Origin: Candidatus Tremblayella phenacoccinincola
Lineage (GTDB): Bacteria > Pseudomonadota > Gammaproteobacteria > Burkholderiales > Burkholderiaceae
DNA length: 30,677 nucleotides
Direction: 5' to 3'
Assembly (NCBI RefSeq): GCF_009805595.3
Contig: NZ_VMQO03000003.1
Coordinates: 1 to 30,677, forward strand
Below are positions 7,925 to 17,972 of the stretch, in pieces. Below the pieces are notes generated by a model. It did no database searches. It was not told the origin of the DNA and worked only from the letters and a program-made list of their open reading frames with translations. A program made the translations under genes and the position numbers. Numbering within the stretch: the first letter of the stretch is position 1; each line of letters starts with the position of its first letter.

Positions 7925-8932
7925 TTAAAGTAACCCTTTAGAACTAGGTAACTTATTGCTAATTATATTAAGAGTCTTGCTTAAAACTATACCAAATACT
8001 TTATATATGCTTTCAATTCTATGATGGTCATTGGTTCCTTTTGTTGTTAAGTATATAGAACAGGTTAAGGAACATGATAAAGATCGGAAAAAGTGTTCTA
8101 TCATTGAGTTATTTATATCTCCTGTTTTTTGATAGCTATATTTAGATTTATAGACTAAGTAAAACCTATTAGACATATCTAATACACATTGGGCTATGCA
8201 TTCATCCATAGGAATAATAAAGCTAAAACGACTTATTCCTAGCTTAGTATTTAAAGTGGTCTTTATATTAGATCCTAGAGCTATTGCTACATCTTCTATA
8301 ATATGGTGGTCATCTATATAGTTATCACCTCTAGCTAAGATAACTATTCTAAAGTTTCCATGTGTTGCTATTTGGTTAAGCATATGGTTAAAAAACCCTA
8401 TGCTAGTGTTAATATAGTTATATATAGGTTCATCAGTTAACCAGATATCAATTAAGATAGAAGTCTCATTAGTTAGTCTATATATGCTTAGATAGAAGTT
8501 AGCTATTAGTCTATTAAGAATAGCCTTATAGGTTTTACTTAGGTTTAGTAGCTTAATATGTATTGATTTAATACCTAAACAATGTGCTATATTTATATTG
8601 TTGTTAGCTATATAATATCTTTTACCTACAGTTGAACCAATAGCTAGTACCCTAGATGCCTTCTCAATATGCATATAAAATACTTTTAAGTCAGAAGAAC
8701 CAATAGAAGCTAACCTAAATTCCACTCCTAAATAGGTTAGCATATAAAGCATAGCTATATATGTTTTTAATGAATTCTCCTTAAGACCTGCTGTTAAATT
8801 AAAAGCAGGCTTGCTAATTAATATAACTAACTTAACCTTATGGTCTTTTAAAGCTAGCATTAAGCCTATAGCTTTGTTATTTAATGGCTTTATGGGTTTA
8901 AATATATCAATGAATAAGTATATTACGTTCAA
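7925..8932 (-). CDS. hisB: imidazoleglycerol-phosphate dehydratase with degenerate N-terminal histidinol-phosphatase domain
   Basis: The C-terminal half has GFFNHMLNQIATHG, IDDHHIIED, PMDECIAQC, MIEHFFRS, NDHHRIES and LPSSKGLL (IGPD). The N-terminal half aligns with HisB-N, but the HAD motifs are lost (FIDRDGT becomes FIDIFKP). Confidence 0.88.
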   Translation of the reverse strand: MNVIYLFIDIFKPIKPLNNKAIGLMLALKDHKVKLVILISKPAFNLTAGLKENSLKTYIAMLYMLTYLGVEFRLASIGSSDLKVFYMHIEKASRVLAIGSTVGKRYYIANNNINIAHCLGIKSIHIKLLNLSKTYKAILNRLIANFYLSIYRLTNETSILIDIWLTDEPIYNYINTSIGFFNHMLNQIATHGNFRIVILARGDNYIDDHHIIEDVAIALGSNIKTTLNTKLGISRFSFIIPMDECIAQCVLDMSNRFYLVYKSKYSYQKTGDINNSMIEHFFRSLSCSLTCSIYLTTKGTNDHHRIESIYKVFGIVLSKTLNIISNKLPSSKGLL

Positions 8933-8956
8933 GCTTCTCCTTATATTAGTATTTAG

Positions 8957-9763
8957 TTAGTTATATATCTGAAAAAGAACCCATATCTTTATATTATTTA
9001 ATGATGCTATGTTGTAGACATTAGCTTTTATAAATAAGTGTATAATCTTAACTAACTTATTTACTATAAACCAAATGCTAATATTCGTATAGTCTTTAGG
9101 GGCTTTTATATTATATATGCTTCTCTTAAATCTATTAACTAAAAGCTTTTTGTTATTAGATAGTTTTGGAAGACATTGAATTAAGTAAGCATGTGAATAA
9201 TAAACTATTTTTGCTTCATATAACCCATTAACAAATAAAGTAGAACCTGTAGATACTACATCGAATATTATATCAGATAACCCAGATCTATAAGATACTT
9301 CTACTGAGCCAGTAATATAATGTAATATGTAACTTATGCTATATCTTTTTAGGTAGTATTTAAGTATGTATGGGTAAGAAGTAGCAACCTTCTTTCCATT
9401 TAAACAGTTAATACCAATCCATGGTTCACCTAACGGAAAGGCTAATGATAAACGACAGCTACTGAACTTAAGGCTATATATTATAGAATAACTAACTAAC
9501 TTTCTTTTTATAATGAAGTTAAAAGCTTGTTCTTCAAAAACATTCTTACCAATAATACCTAACTCTACTGACTTATTTAGTATTAAGTTAGGAATATCAT
9601 CATCTCGAACAAACATAAACCTAATTGCTTTATATTTAGAACTTAATAAAAGCTTTCTAAAGTTATAGGCTTGTTTAGTTTTATAATAACTAATTAAATA
9701 TCTTGACTTTTTACTTAGCCTTCCAGATCTTTGTAATGCTATTCTTAGGTTTAGATAATTCAA
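8957..9763 (-). CDS. hisG: ATP phosphoribosyltransferase
   Basis: LRIALQRSGRLSKKS, VRDDDIPNL, SCRLSLAFP, KKVATSYP and GSVEVSYRSGLSD..VSTGSTL parallel E. coli HisG. The C-terminal region is poorly conserved. Confidence 0.88.
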   Translation of the reverse strand: MNYLNLRIALQRSGRLSKKSRYLISYYKTKQAYNFRKLLLSSKYKAIRFMFVRDDDIPNLILNKSVELGIIGKNVFEEQAFNFIIKRKLVSYSIIYSLKFSSCRLSLAFPLGEPWIGINCLNGKKVATSYPYILKYYLKRYSISYILHYITGSVEVSYRSGLSDIIFDVVSTGSTLFVNGLYEAKIVYYSHAYLIQCLPKLSNNKKLLVNRFKRSIYNIKAPKDYTNISIWFIVNKLVKIIHLFIKANVYNIASLNNIKIWVLFQIYN

Positions 9764-9796
9764 TATAACTTCTCTTTTGGTTTATGAAGCTTGTGT

Positions 9797-10531
9797 TTAT
9801 AGCATTCTACCTATTGTAATGCGTTCATTATTATAGTCTTTTATTGAATGAACATTTTTAAAAGATAAGCTTAATAAAAAAGACCTAGCTATAGATCCTT
9901 GTTTATACCCATGCTCTAGTAATAGCCAGCCTCCGTAGGTTAAAAAGAATATAGAGCTTAGGCATATTTTAAATAAGATATGTAAACCATTATTAGAAGA
10001 AGCTAAAGATATGGTTGGTTCAATATGAATATAGCCTTTATTTAAATGGAGATCTTTTTTACTAACATAAGGTGGGTTGCTAATAATTAAACCATATCTT
10101 TTTAAATATAAAGAATTAAACCAATTACTAAAAATATAGCTAACAGTCTTTAGGGTTTTTAGGTTTAAGTTATTTGTATTATATTTGGCTATCGTTAAAG
10201 CATTTAATGAAAAGTCTGTTCCGATATGGTTCCATTTATTTCTTTCATATGCTAAGCTTAAAACAATAGTGCCACTTCCAGTTCCTAAGTCAAGAGCATT
10301 TAGTTTATTATTAGGTAATAAGTTTAAAGCTTGTTCTATTAAACATTCAGTATCAAGTCTTGGCATAAAAGCATTATTGGATAGCTTTAGGTTTAAAACC
10401 CAGAAATGCTTTTGTTCTATAATATATGGTATAGGTTCTTTTTTGGTTCTTAATAAAATAGCTAATAGTTCTTTTAAATATATGCTTGAATGGTTTGTTT
10501 TAGTTGGGGGTTTCTTATAGGTTGTATTCAT
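9797..10531 (-). CDS. prmC: release factor glutamine N5-methyltransferase
   Basis: SAM motif LDLGTGSG and the NPPY catalytic motif (ISNPPYV). Immediately downstream of prfA, as in E. coli. Confidence 0.88.
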   Translation of the reverse strand: MNTTYKKPPTKTNHSSIYLKELLAILLRTKKEPIPYIIEQKHFWVLNLKLSNNAFMPRLDTECLIEQALNLLPNNKLNALDLGTGSGTIVLSLAYERNKWNHIGTDFSLNALTIAKYNTNNLNLKTLKTVSYIFSNWFNSLYLKRYGLIISNPPYVSKKDLHLNKGYIHIEPTISLASSNNGLHILFKICLSSIFFLTYGGWLLLEHGYKQGSIARSFLLSLSFKNVHSIKDYNNERITIGRML

Positions 10532-10555
10532 TCTTTATATGTAGGGTTAGGATCT

Positions 10556-11629
10556 TTATATGCTTTCATCATAGTAATATTTATTTAATATTGGTTGTAT
10601 AAGTAAGTCTAAGTCTCCATTTAGAACCTCAGTTAGTTTATATATAGTTAGATCTATTCTATGATCAGTTATACGACATTGTTGATAGTTATATGTTCTT
10701 ATCCGATCGCATCTGTAGCCTGTGCCTAATAGGGTTTTTTTAATTAAAGACTCTTCTTTATGTTTACGCTTTAATTCGAAGTTATTTAGCCTAGTATTTA
10801 ATATTGCCAATGCTTTAGTTTTATTTTTATACTGAGATCTTTCATCTTGGCATTCAACTGATAAGCCAGTTGGTAAGTGTGTTATTCTAACAGCTGATTC
10901 AGTTTTATTAACATGCTGTCCTCCTGCGCCTGAAGAACGAAATGTATCTATTCTTAACTCAGACTCATTTAGATTAGCTATTGCGTTATTATTATCTTCT
11001 ACTAAAACTGCTACTATGCATGTAGACGTATGTATTCTACCTTGTGACTCTGTATTTGGTATTCTTTGAACTCTGTGACCTCCTGATTCAAACTTCAATA
11101 AACCGTATGAACCACTATTTGAAACTTTAAATATAACTTCTGTACATCCGCCATAATTATTAGTACTTTTACTTAGTAAGCTAACTGACCATCTTTTACT
11201 TTCTGCGTATTTATAGTACATCCTATAAAGAGCGTTAACAAATAAAGTAGATTCATTTCCTCCAGTTCCTGTCTTTATTTCTATATAGCAGCCATACTTA
11301 TCATGTTCATCTTTAGGAACTGCTTTACTTTTTAAAAGCCTTTGTTCTATTTCGTTTATATTAGTTTTTAGTAAGATAACCTCTTCCTTAGCTAAATGCC
11401 ATATATCTTTATCTGCTAACAGCTTTTCTAACCATATGGTTTCTTTATTAGCTTTTACCCAGCTCTTAAATAAGTTAGCTATATTATTTAGTTCAGTATA
11501 TTCTTTAGATAGGTTTCTAGATATAGCTATATTAACTATAGCATCTGGGGTTGGTTTATTTAGTAATAACTCTATTTCTTTATGGTGCTTTTCTATAGTC
11601 TTTAGTTGATTAATTATATGTATGTTCAT
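10556..11629 (-). CDS. prfA: peptide chain release factor 1
   Basis: GGQ motif ([19 protein letters not shown]) and an RF1-type tripeptide region ([14 protein letters not shown] versus E. coli [14 protein letters not shown]). 357 aa; AAGGA upstream. Confidence 0.95.
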   Translation of the reverse strand: MNIHIINQLKTIEKHHKEIELLLNKPTPDAIVNIAISRNLSKEYTELNNIANLFKSWVKANKETIWLEKLLADKDIWHLAKEEVILLKTNINEIEQRLLKSKAVPKDEHDKYGCYIEIKTGTGGNESTLFVNALYRMYYKYAESKRWSVSLLSKSTNNYGGCTEVIFKVSNSGSYGLLKFESGGHRVQRIPNTESQGRIHTSTCIVAVLVEDNNNAIANLNESELRIDTFRSSGAGGQHVNKTESAVRITHLPTGLSVECQDERSQYKNKTKALAILNTRLNNFELKRKHKEESLIKKTLLGTGYRCDRIRTYNYQQCRITDHRIDLTIYKLTEVLNGDLDLLIQPILNKYYYDESI

Positions 11630-11709
11630 AGCGAACTGTCCTTTATGCTGCTCGTATTATATGTTAACAATAGCTTTTTAACTTAATATAGCTTAAGAAG
11701 TTCCAACAG

Positions 11710-11723
11710 TTAGCTAGGTTCTA
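11710..11723. repeat. left arm of 14-bp perfect inverted repeat (TTAGCTAGGTTCTA)
   Basis: Its reverse complement TAGAACCTAGCTAA is identical to 17618..17631. Lies in the prfA/panB spacer, 20 bp before the panB ATG. Confidence 0.85.
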
Positions 11724-11742
11724 GTTAGGTCTTAAACAACTA

Positions 11743-12546
11743 ATGAAAAAGATAACTCTTTTGAAACTTAAATACTATAAAAAAAAGCACTATAAGTATT
11801 CAGCAGTTACTGCTTATGATTATTCATTTGTTAGTATATTTAAAAGCAAGCCTGTTAAAGCAATATTAGTAGGTGATTCATTAAATATGGTAGTTAAAGG
11901 AAATAAACATACCATATCAACAAACCTGAGAGATATTATTTACCATCTAAAGTGTATAAGAAATACAACTGCTTCTTGTTTAATAATAGCTGATTTACCT
12001 TTTATATGTGCTAATAGGTTTGATAATGCTTTAAAAAGCTCTTCATTACTTTTAAAGCTTGGGGCAAACTTAATTAAGATAGAAGAAAGGGAGAACTGTC
12101 TTAAAAGTATTATAAAAAGGTTAGTGTCGAAGTCTATTCCAGTATGTGGTCATATTGGCCTAACTCCGCAATATGTTAATATAATTAGTAACTATGTAGT
12201 ACAAGGAAAAGATAACTTCAACTCAGAACTACTATTAGATAATTCTTTATCTTTAGAAGCTTATGGAGTGCATGGTTTAATAATAGAATGTGTAGCTTCA
12301 TATTTAGTTCAAAGGTTGGTTCAATTGTTAAGCATACCAACTGTAGGCATAGGTTCTGGACCTGCCACTGATGGACAAATATTGGTAATAAATGATATTA
12401 TTGGTATATTAGATAATAAAGATAAACTACCATTCTTTGTTAAGAGCTTTTTTAAGGAAAGCAATAAAATAGATAGGTTTGTTTATTTATTTAGTAAAAG
12501 CATTGAGAAAGGATATTTTCCTAATATTAGTAATGTTATTCCATAA
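11743..12546 (+). CDS. panB: 3-methyl-2-oxobutanoate hydroxymethyltransferase
   Basis: AVTAYDYSF, ILVGDSLNMVVKG, ADLPF, IKIE, PVCGHIGLTPQ and GIGSGPATDGQILV are collinear with E. coli PanB. Confidence 0.92.
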   Translation: MKKITLLKLKYYKKKHYKYSAVTAYDYSFVSIFKSKPVKAILVGDSLNMVVKGNKHTISTNLRDIIYHLKCIRNTTASCLIIADLPFICANRFDNALKSSSLLLKLGANLIKIEERENCLKSIIKRLVSKSIPVCGHIGLTPQYVNIISNYVVQGKDNFNSELLLDNSLSLEAYGVHGLIIECVASYLVQRLVQLLSIPTVGIGSGPATDGQILVINDIIGILDNKDKLPFFVKSFFKESNKIDRFVYLFSKSIEKGYFPNISNVIP

Positions 12547-12648
12547 ACGCAGGAACCTAACCTAGACTAAGCTCTGACATTCCTGACTTTGTTAATAGAT
12601 ATCTTAGTAAGAAAAACCTAAACACTATTATTTAAGAGGCTTCCCAAT

Positions 12649-15294
12649 ATGGATAAAAGCACTAAAAGCATTAAAAATATGTTTCTTAACTTCTTTAAAA
12701 AAGAAAACCATAAAGTCCTGGATAGCAGCTCTATTATCCCAACCAACGATTCTTCTTTACTTTTTACTAATGCTGGAATGAATCAGTTTAAGGATATTTA
12801 TTTAGACATAGAAAAGCCTATCTATGAAAAAGTATGCACTTCTCAATATTGTTTAAGGATAGGCGGAAAGCATAATGATTTAGATACTGTTGGGTTTACC
12901 AATAGGCATCATACTCTTTTTGAAATGCTAGGTAACTTTAGTTTTGGTGCCTATTTTAAATATGAAGCCATAATGCTAGCTTGGAAACTATTAACTAGTG
13001 AAAGCTGGTTCAATATACAAAAAGCTAAGCTATTAGTTACTGTTTATTATTTAGATAGAGAAGCATATGATATATGGACAAAAGATATAGGAATGCCTAA
13101 AGAAAAGGTAATTCTTGTTGGAGATAAGAATAAGAAAGAGCCTTATGTGTCAGATAACTTTTGGTGTATGGGAGAAGTTGGGCCATGTGGTCCTTGTTCA
13201 GAAATCTTTTATGATTATGGTAAACACTTGTTTGGCTATTTACCAGGGGATGAGAAAGGCTGTGGATATAGATATGTAGAAGTTTGGAACTTAGTTTTTA
13301 TGCAATACAACCGACAATATAATAACTTAATGACTCCATTAGCTAAACCATCTGTCGATACAGGCATGGGTTTGGAACGGATCTCTGCGGTATTGCAAAA
13401 TGTTGATTCTACGTTTAAAACAGATATATTTAGTAAAACTATAGCTATAGTAAAAAAAGAACTTAATATAAACTATTTGAATGACTATCTGTATGTAATA
13501 GCAGACCACATAAGAACATGCTTTTATATAATTAAAAACGGTATTTATCCTTCTAATGAAGGAAGAGGCTATGTTTTACGTCGAGTTATTAGACGAATGA
13601 TTAGACACTTAAACTTATTAGGCATTGAAAAAGCTTGTATATATAGACTAATATATGAACTAAAGGATGTCTATATTGATTATATTGAGGAAAAAGCTAT
13701 AAACATAAAACATATTGAGACTATTATATTATATGAAGAAGCTAGGTTTTATAATACTATAAAAAAGGGTTTAGAAGTATTACTAAATAAAATAAATAAA
13801 AAAGAAGTTAAAGAAGAATTAGATGGAAAGACAGCCTTTTTTCTATATGATACCTATGGTTTACCAATTGATTTTATAGTTGAAATATGTAATGAAAAAG
13901 ATATTAAAATAGATATCGATAGCTTTATAAAACCTATGGAACTACAGAAAAGCCTCTCTAGAAAAGATAGTCTTATAAGTCCTAGTGAAAAGGCTCGTGA
14001 AGAGCTAGATATAAAAGCTACTAGCATATTTGTTGGCTATAATAAGCTAGAATATATAGCCTTTATTAAAGAACTGCTTTTTAATAATAATAAGGTAAAT
14101 ACTATATATGAAGGGCAATATGGAGTTTTAGTTTTAAATAAAACATCTTTTTATCCTGAGACGGGCGGACAGGTAGGTGATATTGGAGAAATAAAAACAA
14201 TAAAAGGCTTATTTAAGGTAACTAATACTAAGAACTATAATAAAGCTATTCTCCATTTTGGAAGAGTAATGTATGGCTTCTTTAGGTTAAAAGAAGCTGT
14301 AATAATAAATGTGGATGCTGAATACCGTAAAGCTATTAAAGTTAATCATTCAGCAGTTCATATATTAAATAAAGTATTATGCAGCTACATAAAAAAGAAG
14401 CTTATTCAAAAGGGTTCTTATATAACTGCTAATCATATACGCTTTGATTTTATATGCGGAAAGGGAAAGCTATTAAATAATGAAGAAGCTAAGATAATAG
14501 AAGAAGAAGTAAATGAACAAATAATAAATAATATGTTAATTGTAACTAAGCTTTTATCTTTTGCTGATGTTAAAGAGAATATAAAAGATAATATCATATT
14601 TATTCAAAGAGAATATGAAGCTATTGTTAGAATAGTTAACATATTTGGTCTTTCTATAGAACTATGTAAAGGAACCCATACAAACCGTACTGGAGATATA
14701 GGTTTATTATCTATAGCTTCACAATATAGCATAGCAAAAAACATTATACGAATAGAAGCAGTAACAGGAAGAGCTTCTATTGCTTTTGTATTTAGTAATA
14801 AAGCTATACTAAAGAAGTTAAAAGAAGTTACAAATAGCAATGAATATAAACTATGTGATCATTTAACCCATATAAAAGCTGAGTATAATAAGTTAGAAAG
14901 GGAAGTAAAATATATTAGGAATACACACTTAGCTTTTTATATTGAAAGCCTAATAAAAGAACTTAAAGCCTATAATGATAACATAATAATTAAAACTATT
15001 GGTAGCTTCTATTCTAGCTTTTTATATTTAATTGCTAAATGCCTAATAGATAACTTAAGAGCTAAAGTTATTATATTAAATACTAAGCATGGAAATAATG
15101 TTAGGTTTATAATAGGAATAACAGAAGATTTACTATGCTATATAAAAGCTAAAGACATAATAGACTATTTTATTGTTAATCTAAAAGGCAAAGGAGGGGG
15201 TTCTTTAAAGTTAGTTCAGGGGGTTGGAGAGTTTATATTATTTAAAAAAGAAATAGAAGCAATCAGTAATCTAATATTAAATAATATAAGGTAG
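12649..15294 (+). CDS. alaS: alanyl-tRNA synthetase
   Basis: 881 aa with FTNAGMNQFKD, RIGGKHNDLD.VG....HHTLFEMLGNFSFG, DTGMGLERI and an HxxxH editing motif region (HSAVHIL). E. coli length is 876 aa. Confidence 0.96.
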   Translation: MDKSTKSIKNMFLNFFKKENHKVLDSSSIIPTNDSSLLFTNAGMNQFKDIYLDIEKPIYEKVCTSQYCLRIGGKHNDLDTVGFTNRHHTLFEMLGNFSFGAYFKYEAIMLAWKLLTSESWFNIQKAKLLVTVYYLDREAYDIWTKDIGMPKEKVILVGDKNKKEPYVSDNFWCMGEVGPCGPCSEIFYDYGKHLFGYLPGDEKGCGYRYVEVWNLVFMQYNRQYNNLMTPLAKPSVDTGMGLERISAVLQNVDSTFKTDIFSKTIAIVKKELNINYLNDYLYVIADHIRTCFYIIKNGIYPSNEGRGYVLRRVIRRMIRHLNLLGIEKACIYRLIYELKDVYIDYIEEKAINIKHIETIILYEEARFYNTIKKGLEVLLNKINKKEVKEELDGKTAFFLYDTYGLPIDFIVEICNEKDIKIDIDSFIKPMELQKSLSRKDSLISPSEKAREELDIKATSIFVGYNKLEYIAFIKELLFNNNKVNTIYEGQYGVLVLNKTSFYPETGGQVGDIGEIKTIKGLFKVTNTKNYNKAILHFGRVMYGFFRLKEAVIINVDAEYRKAIKVNHSAVHILNKVLCSYIKKKLIQKGSYITANHIRFDFICGKGKLLNNEEAKIIEEEVNEQIINNMLIVTKLLSFADVKENIKDNIIFIQREYEAIVRIVNIFGLSIELCKGTHTNRTGDIGLLSIASQYSIAKNIIRIEAVTGRASIAFVFSNKAILKKLKEVTNSNEYKLCDHLTHIKAEYNKLEREVKYIRNTHLAFYIESLIKELKAYNDNIIIKTIGSFYSSFLYLIAKCLIDNLRAKVIILNTKHGNNVRFIIGITEDLLCYIKAKDIIDYFIVNLKGKGGGSLKLVQGVGEFILFKKEIEAISNLILNNIR

Positions 15295-15323
15295 AGTTTG
15301 TTATAGTTAGAGTTTGTTATAGT
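15292..15323 (+). repeat. perfect tandem duplication 2 x 16 bp (TAGAGTTTGTTATAGT)
   Basis: Unit 1 (15292-15307) starts with the alaS TAG stop. Unit 2 (15308-15323) ends 1 nt before tRNA-Ser. Confidence 0.95.
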
Positions 15324-15324
15324 A

Positions 15325-15407
15325 GATGAGATGGTCGAGTGGCTTATGACGTTCCCTTGCTAAGGGTATATACGTATGTATCGAGGGTTCGAATCCCTCT
15401 CTCATCG
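15325..15407 (+). tRNA. tRNA-Ser (anticodon GCU)
   Basis: Acceptor GATGAGA/TCTCATC, anticodon loop TTGCTAA, long variable arm (ATAC-GTAT-GTAT), T arm GAGGG-TTCGAAT-CCCTC. No CCA. Confidence 0.85.
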
Positions 15408-15410
15408 GAT

Positions 15411-15484
15411 GCATCCGTAGCTCAGTTGGACAGAGTATTCGACTACGAATCGAGTGGTTGGGGGTTCGAATCCTCTCGGATGCG
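15411..15484 (+). tRNA. tRNA-Arg (anticodon ACG)
   Basis: GCATCCGTAGCTCAGTTGGACAGAGTATTCGACTACGAATCGAG... is nearly identical in layout to E. coli argV. Sits 3 bp after tRNA-Ser (serV-argV order). Confidence 0.9.
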
Positions 15485-15571
15485 GAGGGAATACGAATGT
15501 AAAACATTAACAGCATTACAAGCTTTAGAAAACTATTGAATTCATAGTAACTTTTTAAAAGGGAGAATATA

Positions 15572-15865
15572 ATGAAAATACAACCATTGCATGACCGTGT
15601 TATAATTAAAAGAAAGGAAGTTGAATCTAAGTCAGCAGGGGGAATTGTTTTAACAAGCTCTTCGGTTGGTAAATCTTCTAGAGGGTTAGTAATAGCAGTA
15701 GGTAAAGGTAGAACATTAGAAAATGGAGAACTCAGGCCTTTAGATATCAAGGTAGGTGATACTGTTATATTTAATGAAGGTTATAGCGTAAAGACAGAAA
15801 AGCTAGATAATGAAGAAGTATTGATTATCTCTGAAAATGATATATTGGCTGTTATTGAAGAATAA
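15572..15865 (+). CDS. groES: co-chaperonin GroES
   Basis: [14 protein letters not shown]...GGIVL...G.V.AVG.G; 97 aa; GGGAG Shine-Dalgarno 8 nt upstream. Confidence 0.97.
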   Translation: MKIQPLHDRVIIKRKEVESKSAGGIVLTSSSVGKSSRGLVIAVGKGRTLENGELRPLDIKVGDTVIFNEGYSVKTEKLDNEEVLIISENDILAVIEE

Positions 15866-15884
15866 TAATATTATTATACTTTAA

Positions 15885-17546
<1,662 letters not shown>

Positions 17547-17617
17547 GTAGAGGCCTTTAGCAGAAGCTGTTAGAAGATGTAGAAGCTGTTATAGGATTAG
17601 AAACTATAGAAGCTATA

Positions 17618-17631
17618 TAGAACCTAGCTAA
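17618..17631. repeat. right arm of 14-bp perfect inverted repeat (TAGAACCTAGCTAA)
   Basis: Identical to the reverse complement of 11710..11723. Lies 72 bp downstream of the groEL stop. Confidence 0.85.
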
Positions 17632-17715
17632 TAGACGTATATGCAAGGGAGAAGAACCGTAAATACAGTTAAGTTAGTAGTTGGTTCTTGGTTCTGCTAA
17701 TACTTTAGTATATGG

Positions 17716-17748
17716 TTTAGGTTAGACATAAGCTTTCCCCCCAGTTAA
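17716..17748 (+). repeat. 33-bp direct repeat, copy 1 (orphan copy of the rluD 3' end)
   Basis: TTTAGGTTAGACATAAGCTTTCCCCCCAGTTAA matches copy 2 at 19280..19312 at 30 of 33 positions. Confidence 0.85.
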
Positions 17749-17942
17749 GACCAACACATCATAACACAGATTCAAAGAGCTATCCTCTCCTTCCCCCATA
17801 TATACCTACCGCATCTGTCTCATACTCTGGTTTTAATCCTTCAACAGCTTATTGATTAACCGGACAACCAGTAGGTCTTTCCCCCTTTCTAGTTCATATT
17901 ATTAACACTTCCTCCTTCTCCTTAAACACTAACTAACCCCCT

Positions 17943-17951
17943 CCCCCCCCC
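17943..17951 (+). repeat. C9 homopolymer, 22 nt upstream of the hisS ATG
   Basis: Direct reading: taaccccctcccccccccttcc. Confidence 0.95.
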
Positions 17952-17972
17952 TTCCTTCCTTTCCTTTAGTCT

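Noticed and set aside
9764-9796. his leader peptide / attenuator upstream of hisG
   Set aside because: There are only 33 bp between prmC and hisG, with no run of His codons; the attenuator is absent.
11630-11742. Replication origin at the divergent prfA/panB spacer (the composition switch point)
   Set aside because: No DnaA-box-like TTATCCACA clusters are seen. Polarity switches back only 5.9 kb later, at a spacer carrying the matching inverted repeat, so an inversion fits better.
15485-15571. Sigma-32 heat-shock promoter upstream of groES
   Set aside because: No convincing CTTGAA ... CCCCAT pair. AT-rich sequence offers many false -10/-35 matches, so no promoter is called anywhere in the window.
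15307-15750. 147-aa minus-strand ORF and 66-aa plus-strand ORF (15339-15539)
   Set aside because: They are translations of the tRNA-Ser/tRNA-Arg genes and of the groES antisense strand.
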